A stretch of 64,000 nucleotides of DNA, from contig CP181291.1 of assembly GCA_052279835.1 (NCBI GenBank), forward strand, positions 5,952,001 through 6,016,000, in the 5' to 3' direction. Every line of letters starts with the position of its first letter. Within the stretch, counting starts at the first letter, position 1. This stretch comes from Microcoleus sp. Lineage in GTDB: Bacteria > Cyanobacteriota > Cyanobacteriia > Cyanobacteriales > Microcoleaceae. Under the pieces are notes generated by a model. That model had not been told where the DNA came from, ran no database searches, and saw only the letters and a program-made list of their open reading frames with translations. Positions 20,027 through 31,189 of the stretch are shown here, piece after piece. The translations under genes and the position numbers were made by a program.

Positions 20027-21535
20027 ATGACCAATTTTAGTGATGAGTTTGAACTGCTGTTACGATCGCGCTACCCCCTAATCTACATTCCCACACGGGA
20101 AGAAGAACGAGTAGAAGTGGCGATCGCTCAAAGTGCCAAAAAACAAGGTGCTCGCGCCGTCTACACCTGGGATTTTGTTGATGGCTACCAAGGTAATCCC
20201 AATGATGCTGGTTTTGGTAAACGGAACCCCCTACAAGCTCTAGAATTCCTAGAAAAACTGCCCTCATCTGCGCCAGCCATCTTTATTCTGCGGGATTTTC
20301 AGAGGTTTTTAGAAGATGTAGCAATTTCCCGTAAACTGCGGAATTTGGCGAGACTTCTCAAATCTCAACCCAAAAATATTGTCATTCTATCTCCCATTGT
20401 TTCCATCCCCGAAGACCTCAGCGAAGTGATGACAGTTTTGGAGTTTCCCCTACCTGTGGCAACAGAAATCAAAATTGAGGTGGAAAAGTTGTTAGGGGGG
20501 ATTGGACAGGTCATAGAAGGGCGTTTGCTGGATGAAATGGTGCGCTCCTGTCAAGGGTTATCCATGGAACGAATTCGACGAGTTCTAGCAAAGGCGATCG
20601 CCACCAGAGGCGAACTCCATTCCAACGACGCAGAACTGATTTTAGAAGAAAAACGCCAAACTATCCGCCAAACTCAAATTCTGGATTTTTACCCAGCCCG
20701 CGAAAACATCTCCGATATCGGCGGTTTGGATAATCTCAAAGAATGGTTGCTGCGGCGCGGTGGTGCTTTTTCCGATCGCGCCCGTCAATACGGTTTACCC
20801 CATCCCAGAGGTTTGCTGTTAGTGGGAATTCAAGGCACTGGCAAATCTTTGACTGCAAAGGCGATCGCCCATCACTGGCATTTACCCCTACTCCGCTTGG
20901 ATGTCGGACGCCTATTTGCCGGATTAGTCGGCGAATCGGAATCCCGCACCAGACAAATGATTCAGCTAGCGGAAGCTTTAGCACCTTGCGTATTGTGGAT
21001 TGACGAGATTGACAAAGCATTTGGCGGATTGGATGGTAAAGGGGATTCGGGAACCACTAGCCGAGTGTTTGGGACTTTTATTACCTGGCTAGCCGAAAAA
21101 ACTTCTCCCGTATTTGTAGTAGCAACGGCGAACAACATTCAGTCTTTACCACCAGAAATGCTCAGAAAAGGTAGGTTTGACGAAATATTTTTTGTAGGTT
21201 TGCCTAGTCAGGAGGAACGGCGGGCAATTTTTGAGGTACATTTGTTGCGGTTGCGATCGCACAGCATCAAAAATTACGATGTAGAGCGTTTGGCTTACGA
21301 AACTCCTGATTTTTCCGGCGCAGAAATCGAGCAAACATTGATCGAGGCGATGCACATTGGGTTTAGCCAGAATCGAGATTTCACCACAGATGATATTTTA
21401 GAATCAGCTAGCCAAATGGTACCCTTGGCAAGAACTGCCCAAGAACAAATCCAGTTTCTCCAAGATTGGGCTGCTGCGGGGAAAGCTCGTCTTGCTTCTC
21501 GATACGGCAGTTTAAGTCGCCGAATTCAAGGATAA
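20027..21535 (+). CDS. ycf46: Ycf46 family AAA ATPase
   Basis: IGGLDNLKEWL, Walker A GIQGTGKS, Walker B WIDEIDK, PEMLRKGRFDEIFFV. Confidence 0.93.
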   Translation: MTNFSDEFELLLRSRYPLIYIPTREEERVEVAIAQSAKKQGARAVYTWDFVDGYQGNPNDAGFGKRNPLQALEFLEKLPSSAPAIFILRDFQRFLEDVAISRKLRNLARLLKSQPKNIVILSPIVSIPEDLSEVMTVLEFPLPVATEIKIEVEKLLGGIGQVIEGRLLDEMVRSCQGLSMERIRRVLAKAIATRGELHSNDAELILEEKRQTIRQTQILDFYPARENISDIGGLDNLKEWLLRRGGAFSDRARQYGLPHPRGLLLVGIQGTGKSLTAKAIAHHWHLPLLRLDVGRLFAGLVGESESRTRQMIQLAEALAPCVLWIDEIDKAFGGLDGKGDSGTTSRVFGTFITWLAEKTSPVFVVATANNIQSLPPEMLRKGRFDEIFFVGLPSQEERRAIFEVHLLRLRSHSIKNYDVERLAYETPDFSGAEIEQTLIEAMHIGFSQNRDFTTDDILESASQMVPLARTAQEQIQFLQDWAAAGKARLASRYGSLSRRIQG

Positions 21536-21636
21536 ACTTTTGAAGTAATCAGAACTGACCAATCAGCAATCAGGCAAATTTTCGCAACTATCTCCCTCTC
21601 CCACTTCCCCGTCTCTCTTGCTTAAATAGCGGCTTT

Positions 21637-22098
21637 ATGAACAGTTTGTATAGTTTTTTTAAGTTTTTAGTTGGCTTTTTATTAGCCATCGTGCTAATGG
21701 CAGGCGCTAGTGTGGCGGCTGCACTTTACTTTGCAGCTAAACTCACCACGATCCCTGAAAGACCTGTTTTTCCTAACGACAAAAAAGTAGTTCAGATTGC
21801 CAACGCCAAGCCTACGTCAACAGCGAAAGCTAGTCCGGTTTCAGAGTCTAGCGATACTCCCTCACCAAAACCGCTAGAACCGGGAGCCTACCGAGCTCTG
21901 GTTACTCAGCCGATTGGGTTGATTTTACGGGATAGTGCCAACCGAGATGCCAACCGCATTGGTGGTGTCGGTTACAACGAAAAAGTGGTGGTTTTGGAAG
22001 ATTCCCCTGATAAAGAGTGGCAGCGAATTCGGGTTGAAGATGGCAATCGTGAAGGTTGGGTCAAGGGTGGCAATACTGAAAAAGTTGAGGGTCAATGA
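21637..22098 (+). CDS. Membrane-anchored SH3 domain protein
   Basis: N-terminal TM helix; GLILRD...WQRIR...EGWVKGGN SH3b pattern. Confidence 0.85.
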   Translation: MNSLYSFFKFLVGFLLAIVLMAGASVAAALYFAAKLTTIPERPVFPNDKKVVQIANAKPTSTAKASPVSESSDTPSPKPLEPGAYRALVTQPIGLILRDSANRDANRIGGVGYNEKVVVLEDSPDKEWQRIRVEDGNREGWVKGGNTEKVEGQ

Positions 22099-22559
22099 GA
22101 ATATGTTAAGAAACCTAGCAAAACTTTAAGGTTACTTGCAAAACCCAGCCCGTTGTCAATTTTTTAAGGAATAGTTAAGTAGGTCGCTCTCAATCAACCT
22201 CAAATGTCCATGACCCGTGATAACCCTGACTTTTTAGAGACGTCGGGGTTCTGAAATCAGTGGTATTTTTAGCAGCCACCAGATAAAATATTAAGCAATC
22301 ATCGCCAAAAACACATCATCCTTCGGGACTAAAGGCTAAGATGTGCTTGCCAACTTTTTGCTGACGAGCACGTCAACAGAAACAGTGATGCTATCTTGGT
22401 CGTTACCTGCAACTATATTTTGAGTGGAATTTTTTTTGATAAACAGGGGTGCTAGGTGTATACAGGTAAAACTTAGTCTCGATAGATTGAGTCACAGACC
22501 AAAATAGAGTTTTGGTAGTTTTCCCACATAGCCCAGCTACAATTTCACAATCAAAAGTT

Positions 22560-23933
22560 ATGGAATATCTTGCTTATCTCGAACTTGCTCTGGCTGACGA
22601 AGCATCCACAGAGTCTCCAATTTTAGAGGGGATTAAGTGGAAACACTTATCCAGCCATACTTATTTCCGTTTATTATCTTTGGCTTTAATACTATCGGTG
22701 GTGAGTGCAGCTAGTTCGGCTTTTGCTCAAATAAATCCAGGAAACCCCAATTTGCGAGCAGTTCAAGACCGATTGCGACAGTTGGGCTATTTTAGCAGAA
22801 GTTCCACTGGTCAACTCGGCCCCCTCACTCAAAAAGCTTTGACTAGCTTTCAGCGAGACTATCAACTATCGCTGACGGGAAGACCCGATCGCGATACAGT
22901 ATCAGCACTCAATAGTTTAGGGGTGAAAACTCAAGCTTATAGAACTGTGGATACCAATAATTATCGGGAGTTGCGCTTTGGAGACAAGGGTGAAGATGTT
23001 TTAGTTCTCCAGCGGGAATTGCAGCAGTTGGGCTATTTTACAACAACTCCAACTGGTACTTTTGGCAGAATTACTGAAGAAGCTGTCAGAAGTTTCCAAC
23101 AAATTAACCGACTCTCGGTAACTGGTGTGGCTGACAGCCAAACTTTAGCTTTGCTCTTAGGACCCTCCCAGCCCCAGCCAACGACTCCGACTCCTGGCGT
23201 TATTTCTGGAAATGGGGGTTGCAGAGGGTTGCGCTTTGGAGACAGAGGAGCGACGGTAGACTTGATTCAGCGGCAGTTAAAGGATTTGGGCTATTTTAAA
23301 GGCCCTGTTGATGGCAAGTTTCGGGAACGTACTCTCTATGCTGTTACTCGTTTTCAGCAAGATAATTTTCTGGTAACAGATGGCTGTGCTGACACGGCTA
23401 CTTTGATTGCGATAGATACCCGGAGGGCTGAGTTTCAAGCTACCTTTTTTCCTAGACAAAGTAAACAGCCAAATTTTGTGGTGGACTTTCTCCAGTTCGG
23501 TGACACGGGCCGACAAGTAGAGCAGTTACAGCAGCGACTGCAAGTATTGCGCTACTATGCAGGTCCGATTCATGGTTTGTTCGATCGAGCTACTGAGGCC
23601 GCCCTGATTCGGTTTCAGACAGCTAACCGCCTGTCGGGGACTGGAAAGGTCGATAGACAGACTCAGGGAGCTTTACAGCAAAGTCAGAACCAAACTGCAC
23701 AGACTGTTCCCCCTAGAGGTGTGAGCCTACCACAGGTCGATCGAGGTTCTACAGTACCAATTAGCATCAGTTCTCGATCAAGCATTTACCAGTTACAGAG
23801 ACGACTGCGAGACCTCAGCTTTTACAATGGCCCCATTAGTGGAGTGTTGGATGCTCCCACTCAAGCCGCTCTCGACCAAGCTCAGCGCAGTTACCGGGTC
23901 AGCAGTGACGATTTGTTGACCAAAACTTTTTAG
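22560..23933 (+). CDS. Peptidoglycan-binding domain repeat protein (alr1690-like)
   Basis: Repeated LxFGDxG..V..LQ..L..LGY..G.F...T..AV..FQ units; convergent with fur; ATG at 22560. Confidence 0.9.
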   Translation: MEYLAYLELALADEASTESPILEGIKWKHLSSHTYFRLLSLALILSVVSAASSAFAQINPGNPNLRAVQDRLRQLGYFSRSSTGQLGPLTQKALTSFQRDYQLSLTGRPDRDTVSALNSLGVKTQAYRTVDTNNYRELRFGDKGEDVLVLQRELQQLGYFTTTPTGTFGRITEEAVRSFQQINRLSVTGVADSQTLALLLGPSQPQPTTPTPGVISGNGGCRGLRFGDRGATVDLIQRQLKDLGYFKGPVDGKFRERTLYAVTRFQQDNFLVTDGCADTATLIAIDTRRAEFQATFFPRQSKQPNFVVDFLQFGDTGRQVEQLQQRLQVLRYYAGPIHGLFDRATEAALIRFQTANRLSGTGKVDRQTQGALQQSQNQTAQTVPPRGVSLPQVDRGSTVPISISSRSSIYQLQRRLRDLSFYNGPISGVLDAPTQAALDQAQRSYRVSSDDLLTKTF

Positions 23934-24002
23934 CCAAGGCAGCACCAATATTTGTTAATTATTGTAACAATTCGTACTTAAAAACCGAATATAGGTGTAT
24001 GT

Positions 24003-24527
24003 TTACTCACTTGATTCCGGGGCGTTGCCATTTTGGGCGATCGACCTCGGACAAGACCAATTACTCGAAACCAAAGAGGGCCATCCCATTCTCAAAGCTT
24101 CGTGACAAACAGTATGAATGGTGAGCTGGCAGTCGAGGAGGTGCAACCCTGACTTTTCAGCTTGCTTCATCCCAATTTTTAAGATCGAATCGTTGTTAAA
24201 TTCGATCGTGCGGTTGCACTGAACGCAGACTAAGTGATGGTGGTGGTGCGGATAAGGCTGGTTTATTTCATAGTGTTTGTGACCTTCTGCTAATTCGAGT
24301 TCCCGCAACAAGCTCATCCTTGCCATTAACTTTAAAGTTCGGTAAATAGTGGATAAGCTAATGTTTTCTCCGCGATTTTTCAACAAAGTATACAAATCCT
24401 CCGCACTCAGGTGGTTGCCTTTGGGGAGGTTCTGAAAAACGTGCAAGATGGTTTCCCGTTGAGGAGTCATCCGCCAGCCTTTGTCATTGAGTTCCGATTT
24501 GAAGGAAGAAGCTGTGTAAAGTGCCAT
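24003..24527 (-). CDS. fur: Ferric uptake regulator (FurA-like)
   Basis: RMTPQRETIL, HLSAEDLY, STIYRTL, HHHHHLVCVQC. Confidence 0.93.
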   Translation of the reverse strand: MALYTASSFKSELNDKGWRMTPQRETILHVFQNLPKGNHLSAEDLYTLLKNRGENISLSTIYRTLKLMARMSLLRELELAEGHKHYEINQPYPHHHHHLVCVQCNRTIEFNNDSILKIGMKQAEKSGLHLLDCQLTIHTVCHEALRMGWPSLVSSNWSCPRSIAQNGNAPESSE

Positions 24528-24624
24528 AGTGACCCTCTCAAGAAAGTCTGTCTATTGACAATCATACACAACGATCGGGATATTTTTCAAATATCAAAGC
24601 TTATTGATAATTTCTGAAAACTGG

Positions 24625-24657
24625 AGAGCCCGGACTTATTCAACAAGTCCGGGCTCT
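24625..24657. terminator. Hairpin between the sigC 3' end and fur
   Basis: agagcccggactt ... aagtccgggctct, 13-bp perfect stem. Confidence 0.6.
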
Positions 24658-24686
24658 GACATCACAGGATTGTGGATGTGGCAACT

Positions 24687-25952
24687 TTAACCCAGAGACT
24701 CTAAATAATCCCGCACGCGGTTGCGACGCTTGGGCTGACGCAGCTTTTGCAAAGCTTTAGCTTCAATTTGGCGGACACGCTCGCGAGATAAATCCAGTGC
24801 ACGACCAATTTCTGCCAGTGAGTAGGGGTGTCCATCACCCAAACCGAACCGCATCAGAATCACATCTCGTTCGCGACTGCTCAAATCTGCCAACAGTTGC
24901 TGCAAGTCGCGGTGCAAAGCTTCTCGCATCAGCATTTCTTCTGGCGATACGCAGTCTGTTTCCAGCAAGTCGCCCAACTCTGTATCTTTCTCGTTGCCAA
25001 CTTTAGTTTCTAGAGAAACAGAGCGGGGTACTCTGAGCAAAACTTCCCGCACTTGGATCGGAGTCATATCTAACTCAACAGCGATATCTTCTATAGTGGC
25101 TGTCCGACCTTTTTCTTGAGAAATTTTACGCTGGGCTTTTTTAATTTTATTCAGCTTTTCGGTAATGTGAACCGGGAGGCGGATGGTACGGCTTTGAGTA
25201 GCGATCGCCCGTGTAATTCCCTGGCGAATCCACCAGTAGGCGTAGGTGCTAAATCGATAGCCCCGCGTCGGATCGAACTTTTCGACAGCTCGTTCCAGTC
25301 CCAGAGTGCCTTCTTGTATCAGGTCTAGTAGTTCTAAGCCACGATTTTGATATTTTTTCGCCACCGAAACGACTAGGCGCAAGTTAGCCTTAATCATGTG
25401 GTCTTTAGCTTCGACACCTTCAGTTTGAGTCCTTTCCAAGGTCTCTACTGTCATCTCTGCTAACTCGGCCCAGTGGCGCTTACCTTCGCTCATAATCCGC
25501 TTGAGCTCCGACACATCACCGACACCGGCGGTGGTGGCCCAACGTTCCAGGGAAGGTTTGTGTCCCAACTGTGCGGCCAAGCGATCGCGCACCTCAATTA
25601 AATGCACGAAGCCCTGAATCTTTCCTTCTTCCTGCGAAGCGGCGGTGTTCCGCAATTCTAGCAATTTGATATAGCGCTGAACTTTTTGAGCTTCGGAGAC
25701 TTCCTCATCTCGACCTAACAGACGTACCCGCCCTATTTCTTGGAGGTACAGACGCACTAAATCAGTAGTGCGGCGATTGGCATTTTTTTGAGACTTGGCT
25801 GCTGAGTCTGCATCTTCAGTCTCTGCTGTTTCTTGGTCGATGAGTTCGTCTCCAGCTTCTTCAGCATCCTCATCCAACACATCATCTTGCAAGGGATTTA
25901 CTCGCAGTTGTTCGTCGAATTCAGCTTCAGCGTAAAAAGAGGTGGCTGGCAT
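24687..25952 (-). CDS. sigC: Group 2 RNA polymerase sigma factor SigC
   Basis: MPATSFY start, DLVRLYLQEIGR, ANLRLVVSVAKKY, RFSTYAYWWIRQ, LSRERVRQIE; next to fur. Confidence 0.9.
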   Translation of the reverse strand: MPATSFYAEAEFDEQLRVNPLQDDVLDEDAEEAGDELIDQETAETEDADSAAKSQKNANRRTTDLVRLYLQEIGRVRLLGRDEEVSEAQKVQRYIKLLELRNTAASQEEGKIQGFVHLIEVRDRLAAQLGHKPSLERWATTAGVGDVSELKRIMSEGKRHWAELAEMTVETLERTQTEGVEAKDHMIKANLRLVVSVAKKYQNRGLELLDLIQEGTLGLERAVEKFDPTRGYRFSTYAYWWIRQGITRAIATQSRTIRLPVHITEKLNKIKKAQRKISQEKGRTATIEDIAVELDMTPIQVREVLLRVPRSVSLETKVGNEKDTELGDLLETDCVSPEEMLMREALHRDLQQLLADLSSRERDVILMRFGLGDGHPYSLAEIGRALDLSRERVRQIEAKALQKLRQPKRRNRVRDYLESLG

Positions 25953-26372
25953 AGTGATTTTCTCAGTGGCTCCGGGTGAAAAGATGCTACGCTTAGCGGT
26001 TATTTATATTTATGATGCCCATTTTGTTAGGACGAAGCATCACCGCTTTTTGTTTCTTTACTAATTTTCCTGACTGGAATACTGTTGTCCGATCGAACTT
26101 TGACTCCCCATCTTGTTTTAGTAACTTTCGGGAAAATGCCAAGAACTTTCTGATGTAACAGTTTGGAGACCAGGAAAGTGTGTTCTACTTCTTTGTTTAT
26201 GTAGCTAGTATAGATAATCTCTAGCTATAAACAAGTGACTCTCGTCAGAAGTTAAGTTAATCTTCATCACCGATCGGCTGGTTCCCGATCACTTCTGAAA
26301 ATTAGTTGCTTTTTTCATAAAACTTCATAAACTCTCAGGTTTAGACGCCAGCGATCGCCCAACCGAGCATTT

Positions 26373-27242
26373 CTACCGAGGGTAAAGTTCCATCAGTTCC
26401 CTCACCTGTTCGGCATGATAAGAACTGCGAGTTAAGGGAGAAGCCACAACCTGCAAGAAGCCCAAAGATTCACCAAATTCTCTCCAAGCATCAAACTGTT
26501 CCGGTGTCACAAAGTTTTCCACATTTAAGTGTTTTTGACTAGGTTGCAGGTACTGTCCAATTGTCAAAATATCGCACCCCACAGCACGCAACTCCTGCAT
26601 AGCCTCACGAACTTCCTCGTCTGTTTCTCCCAGTCCCACCATAATCCCTGATTTGGTGTAAACCTCTGGTGCGATTTCCCGGCTGCGCTGCAACATTTCC
26701 AGAGAGCGATCGTACTTGGCCTGTGGTCGCACTTTCCGGTAAAGTCGTTTGACAGTTTCAGTATTATGGTTGAGTACCTCCGGCTTAGCTCCCAGAATAA
26801 TTGCCAAAGCTTGCCAATTGCCACACAAATCGGGAATCAAAACTTCTATAGTCGTCTGTGGCATCACAGAACGAACTGCTTGAATGCAGTGCACAAACTG
26901 GGATGCACCGCCATCAGGCAAATCATCCCGATTCACCGAGGTAATCACCACATGGTTTAATTTCAGGCGCTCTACTGCTTGCGCCAATCTTTCCGGCTCC
27001 GTCGGATCTAGAGGTTGGGGCTTTTTCTCAAAGTCAATGTCACAGTAAGGACAAGCGCGGGTACAGGCTGGCCCCATGATTAAAAATGTGGCAGTACCTG
27101 CATTGAAGCACTCGCCGATGTTGGGACAGGAAGCCTCTTCGCAAACCGTATTCAGGGCTAAATCCCGCAAAATTTCCTTAACGTTGCCGACGCGCTCCCA
27201 CTGGGGGGCTTTGACTCGCAACCACTGTGGCTTAACTGTCAC
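26373..27242 (-). CDS. lipA: Lipoyl synthase
   Basis: [12 protein letters not shown] and CTRACPYC cluster motifs, RSSYHA. Confidence 0.97.
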   Translation of the reverse strand: MTVKPQWLRVKAPQWERVGNVKEILRDLALNTVCEEASCPNIGECFNAGTATFLIMGPACTRACPYCDIDFEKKPQPLDPTEPERLAQAVERLKLNHVVITSVNRDDLPDGGASQFVHCIQAVRSVMPQTTIEVLIPDLCGNWQALAIILGAKPEVLNHNTETVKRLYRKVRPQAKYDRSLEMLQRSREIAPEVYTKSGIMVGLGETDEEVREAMQELRAVGCDILTIGQYLQPSQKHLNVENFVTPEQFDAWREFGESLGFLQVVASPLTRSSYHAEQVRELMELYPR

Positions 27243-27339
27243 GTCTGTCTTTGCCTGGTTAGTATTTTACAAATTATTATATACTATATTGTTCAATTTC
27301 GAGTTGAATATGATATAATATTCAAACATTGACTTGATT

Positions 27340-27413
27340 CGGGATGTAGCGCAGCTTGGTAGCGCACCTCGTTCGGGACGAGGGGGTCGCAGGTTCAAAT
27401 CCTGTCATCCCGA
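27340..27413 (+). tRNA. tRNA-Pro (anticodon CGG)
   Basis: cgggatg acceptor stem pairs with catcccg; anticodon arm cctcg-ttCGGga-cgagg; GGTTCAAATCC T-loop; CCA not encoded. Confidence 0.97.
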
Positions 27414-27616
27414 TTTAACTTAACCGTTTATTTCTTTAGGAAAAAGCTGAGGGAAAAAAGCGGATTTGATATCACTTCCGACCCAGCCACAAGTGATATC
27501 ACATCCGGTATTGTAAAACTTCATTGAGTTTATAAGCAATTATAAACAATAATGGTATTATATTGTTGTGAGTGTTGAACAAAGAATACGCATAGCCCAA
27601 AAAACGCAAGTCTCAA

Positions 27617-28864
27617 ATGCAACTAACAGAGAGACACATCATTAAATCAACGTCACACCGTTTCGCCCAAATTGACGAACTAGCTTTCAAGTCCAAAAAC
27701 CTCTACAATGCCGCCAATTACGTCATTCGTCAGAGCTTTATTTATGGATGGGGTTATGTCAGTTATAACGAAATGAACCGATTGATGAAGTCTCACGAAG
27801 CATATAAGGCAATGCCAGCTAAAGTAAGTCAGCAAATCTTGATGGTGCTAGACAAGAATTGGAAATCGTTTTTTGAAGCCGTTAAAGCTTACAAAGTTGA
27901 TTCTTCAAAATTCACGGGTAGCCCAAAATTGCCAAAGTACAAAGATAAAGTTAAAGGGCGAAACCTTCTCGTCTACACGATTCAAGCAATTAGCAGCAAA
28001 CAGTTGAAGAAAGGAATCATTAAACTTTCGGGTACAGAACTTTTAATTAAAACCCAAGTCAATCCCCACCAGGTTTGCCAAATTAGGCTGGTTCCGAAAT
28101 GTGATTCCTATGTAATTGAGGTAATTTATGATGAACCGGAGTCCACCCTTGGCAACGCTAATTCTGTAGCTAGTATTGATTTAGGACTGGATAATTTAGT
28201 GGCGTTAACTTCAAATCAACCGGGATTTATCCCTTTGTTGATTAACGGGCGACCATTGAAATCGATTAACCAGTTTTACAATAAGCGGAAAGCACGATTG
28301 CAATCCCAGTTAAAAGGGAATCGCAAAACTTCGCCCCGCATTCAGCGCTTAACTCGCTGTCGCCATCAAAAAGTTGATAATTACTTACATCATGCTAGCC
28401 GTCTAATTATTAACCTTTTGCTCACCAAGCAGATTGGGACGCTAGTAATTGGCAAGAACGCGCAGTGGAAAACAGAAATCGAGTTAGGGAATAAAAACAA
28501 TCAAAACTTTGTTAGTATTCCTCACTCTCGATTAATTGAAATGTTGGAGTACAAAGCTCGGTTGGCGGGAATCACAGTAATTGTGCAGGAAGAATCCTAC
28601 ACATCCCGCTCCAGTTTTTTAGGTTTAGACCCAATTCCTGTTTATGGAAAAACCGAAAAAGAGCCTGTGTTGACTGGTAAGCGGATTAAGCGGGGTTTGT
28701 ACAAAACATCGACTGGTCAGCTAATTAATTCCGATGTGAATGCAGCGTACAATATCCTCAGAAAAGCAATCCCAAATGCGTTCCGCAATGGGATAGGTCG
28801 TGGGCGTAGTTCAGCCGAGGCGGGTCGATCCGCTCAAAGTGAAAGGGAAGGGGGAGGGACTTAA
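27617..28864 (+). mobile_element. tnpB: IS200/IS605-family TnpB (TnpB-only element)
   Basis: SIDLGLDN (RuvC-I), QEESYTS, INSDVNAAYNI (RuvC-III); no tnpA next to it. Confidence 0.9.
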
Positions 28865-28955
28865 CGCCTCCCATGTCATGCAATAAATGACTATACTTTT
28901 ACCAGCTATTCATCGTCATACTAAAGTTTACTCAAGCAGCCAACCAATATCAGCT

Positions 28956-30044
28956 TCAATCAGCTAAATCTGGGAAAACTTCGCGGACGGCTGGATGCAC
29001 TAATCGGTGATGCTGCACGTTCAATCCCTTGGCTAAACTAGGATTGGTTTCCAAAGCTTTAATCCCACCATTTGCCAACAGCAAAACATAAGGCAAAGTG
29101 CTGTTATTCAAAGCTTGAGTCGCAGTCCAAGGCACCGCACCGGGCATATTTGGTACACCATAATGCACGACTCCTTCCTCAATATAGGTAGGATTGGTGT
29201 GAGAAGTTACCCGCAAAGTTTCTACGCAACCGCCTTGGTCAACTGCGACATCAACAATCACAGAACCGGGGTGCATTTTGGCAACAAAGTCGCGAGAAAC
29301 CAGAGTTGGGGCTTTTTTACCCAACACCAAAACCGCACCGATTAACAAATCAGCATCGGGGACAACAGCTTCTATTTGTAAAGGACTGCTGTAGAGGTAT
29401 TCCACTCTGGAACCGAACAGAGTTTCTAAATAGGCTAGGCGATCGACATTGACATCCAAAATCTGCACTCTAGCGCCCATTCCTACTGCAATACGCGCTG
29501 CTTCCGTGCCCACGATTCCGCCGCCCAAAATCACAACTTTGCCCGGTCTTACCCCTGGTACACCTCCCAAAAGTACGCCCCGGCCTCCTTGCTGGCGTTC
29601 CAAAAACCGAGCCCCGAACTGCACGGCCAAACGCCCTGCAATAATACTCATGGGGGTTAGCAGTGGTAATTTCCTGTCTGGGAGTTCGACAGTTTCGTAG
29701 GCGATCGCCTGGACTCCACTTTCCATTAAATACTCGGTTAACGTGCGATCGGCCGCTAAATGCAAATATGTAAATAGCAACTGTTCTTTTTGGATCAGCG
29801 GGTACTCAGCAGGTAAGGGTTCCTTAACTTTAACAATTAGTTCCCGATTCCAGACATCCTCCGGCTTTGAGACAATCTTAGCCCCTGCTTGAATGTAGTC
29901 TTCGTCGGCGAAACCTGCCCCAGCGCCTGCATTAGTTTCGACAAAAACGGTGTGGCCTCTGTCTGAACAAGCCCGGACACTTGTGGGGCTCAGGCCAACT
30001 CGAAACTCTAAATCCTTGATTTCCTTGGGGACACCTATTTCCAT
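28956..30044 (-). CDS. ald: Alanine dehydrogenase
   Basis: GVPKEIK..EFRV, FTYLHLA, GGGIVG, DVAVDQGGC, PNMPGAVP. Confidence 0.97.
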   Translation of the reverse strand: MEIGVPKEIKDLEFRVGLSPTSVRACSDRGHTVFVETNAGAGAGFADEDYIQAGAKIVSKPEDVWNRELIVKVKEPLPAEYPLIQKEQLLFTYLHLAADRTLTEYLMESGVQAIAYETVELPDRKLPLLTPMSIIAGRLAVQFGARFLERQQGGRGVLLGGVPGVRPGKVVILGGGIVGTEAARIAVGMGARVQILDVNVDRLAYLETLFGSRVEYLYSSPLQIEAVVPDADLLIGAVLVLGKKAPTLVSRDFVAKMHPGSVIVDVAVDQGGCVETLRVTSHTNPTYIEEGVVHYGVPNMPGAVPWTATQALNNSTLPYVLLLANGGIKALETNPSLAKGLNVQHHRLVHPAVREVFPDLAD

Positions 30045-30188
30045 CTATAAACCTCAAATTTTAGCCATACTTCGATCGAATCTAGCTTAGAAATTATCCC
30101 ATCGGCATCATATCATGCCCCATGTCAGCAATTGAGACCCCCCACAAATCCGGCGAAGTAGGGGATTTGGAGATACTAGGTTTGGAAA

Positions 30189-31043
30189 TCATACTGTGGG
30201 GGCGAACAATTGTTTGATTTTCAGCCAGTGCGATCGCATTTTCCCAAAATTGTCATTTTCCATCAAATAAATCCTGTTTTTAGCTTTCTCTAACTCTAAC
30301 TGAAGCTGTTGGATTTGAATTTGGGTACTATCCCAGTCTGAATCAGCATCTGGCAACTGAATTCGTACTTCCTTGTCGTCGCTGTTTTTCTTGATGGCAA
30401 TATCGTGATAGCCGAGAGACTGAAGTGCCAAAAATACAATTTCCCAGTTATTAGCTATACAAAATTCATTGACCGCTCTGGCAACACCATAAGGCATAAT
30501 CTCGCAGATAGACCAATTTGTATAATCGTTAAAAACCATCATCCCGTCGGATTTTACTTTTTTATATCCTCGATCGATATCTTTGCATACACCTTCATAA
30601 GCGTGGTCAGCATCAATATAAATCCAGTCAAAATACTCATCTGGAAACTCACTTAAAATTGTCGATGAATCGCCTTCATGAAGCTCGATTATCCCATTTT
30701 TTATGCCCTCTTGTAACAGGATTTTTTGTTGCTGAGTTACCTGGTTTTTAAATAATTGCAAATTATTATCTATGATATGCAGTTTTTTTGGTTGAGTAAT
30801 AGAAAATATTTTTTCAGCAAAGTTTCCATATTGAGTTCCCACCTCAGCAACAACACTATCTTTAGGCAGGTATTCTAATAGTTTTGCCCGACTTTCAACT
30901 AAGCGGCAATTCTTGACGTGGCGATTTTGCAGAATCGGGGCAGAAATGAGGAAGGAATTGCTATCTACATTGCTCCATTTTTCATTATCCCAGCCCTTAG
31001 TCGCTTCTACAAATCTTTTTTTGTATTTGATAAAATCAAACAT
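30189..31043 (-). CDS. Class I SAM-dependent methyltransferase (Methyltransf_24-like) with C-terminal coiled coil
   Basis: AEVGTQYG, FDWIYIDADHAYEGV. Confidence 0.85.
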   Translation of the reverse strand: MFDFIKYKKRFVEATKGWDNEKWSNVDSNSFLISAPILQNRHVKNCRLVESRAKLLEYLPKDSVVAEVGTQYGNFAEKIFSITQPKKLHIIDNNLQLFKNQVTQQQKILLQEGIKNGIIELHEGDSSTILSEFPDEYFDWIYIDADHAYEGVCKDIDRGYKKVKSDGMMVFNDYTNWSICEIMPYGVARAVNEFCIANNWEIVFLALQSLGYHDIAIKKNSDDKEVRIQLPDADSDWDSTQIQIQQLQLELEKAKNRIYLMENDNFGKMRSHWLKIKQLFAPTV

Positions 31044-31189
31044 AAAATTATTAAAGTAAGTGAACGCGGTATAGTAGATTATGGTTGAATAGATTTCCTC
31101 CTAAAACTAGCCTAAAGAGAGTCTGCTGTCAATATATTTGAGCCGTCATTTATAATTTAACCAGCAGCGACTCAGGTCTGTAAAAAAAA

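Noticed and set aside
19750..20034. 94-aa hydrophobic ORF (VICYLLF repeats)
   Set aside because: It is the translation of the heptamer STRR tract on the opposite strand.
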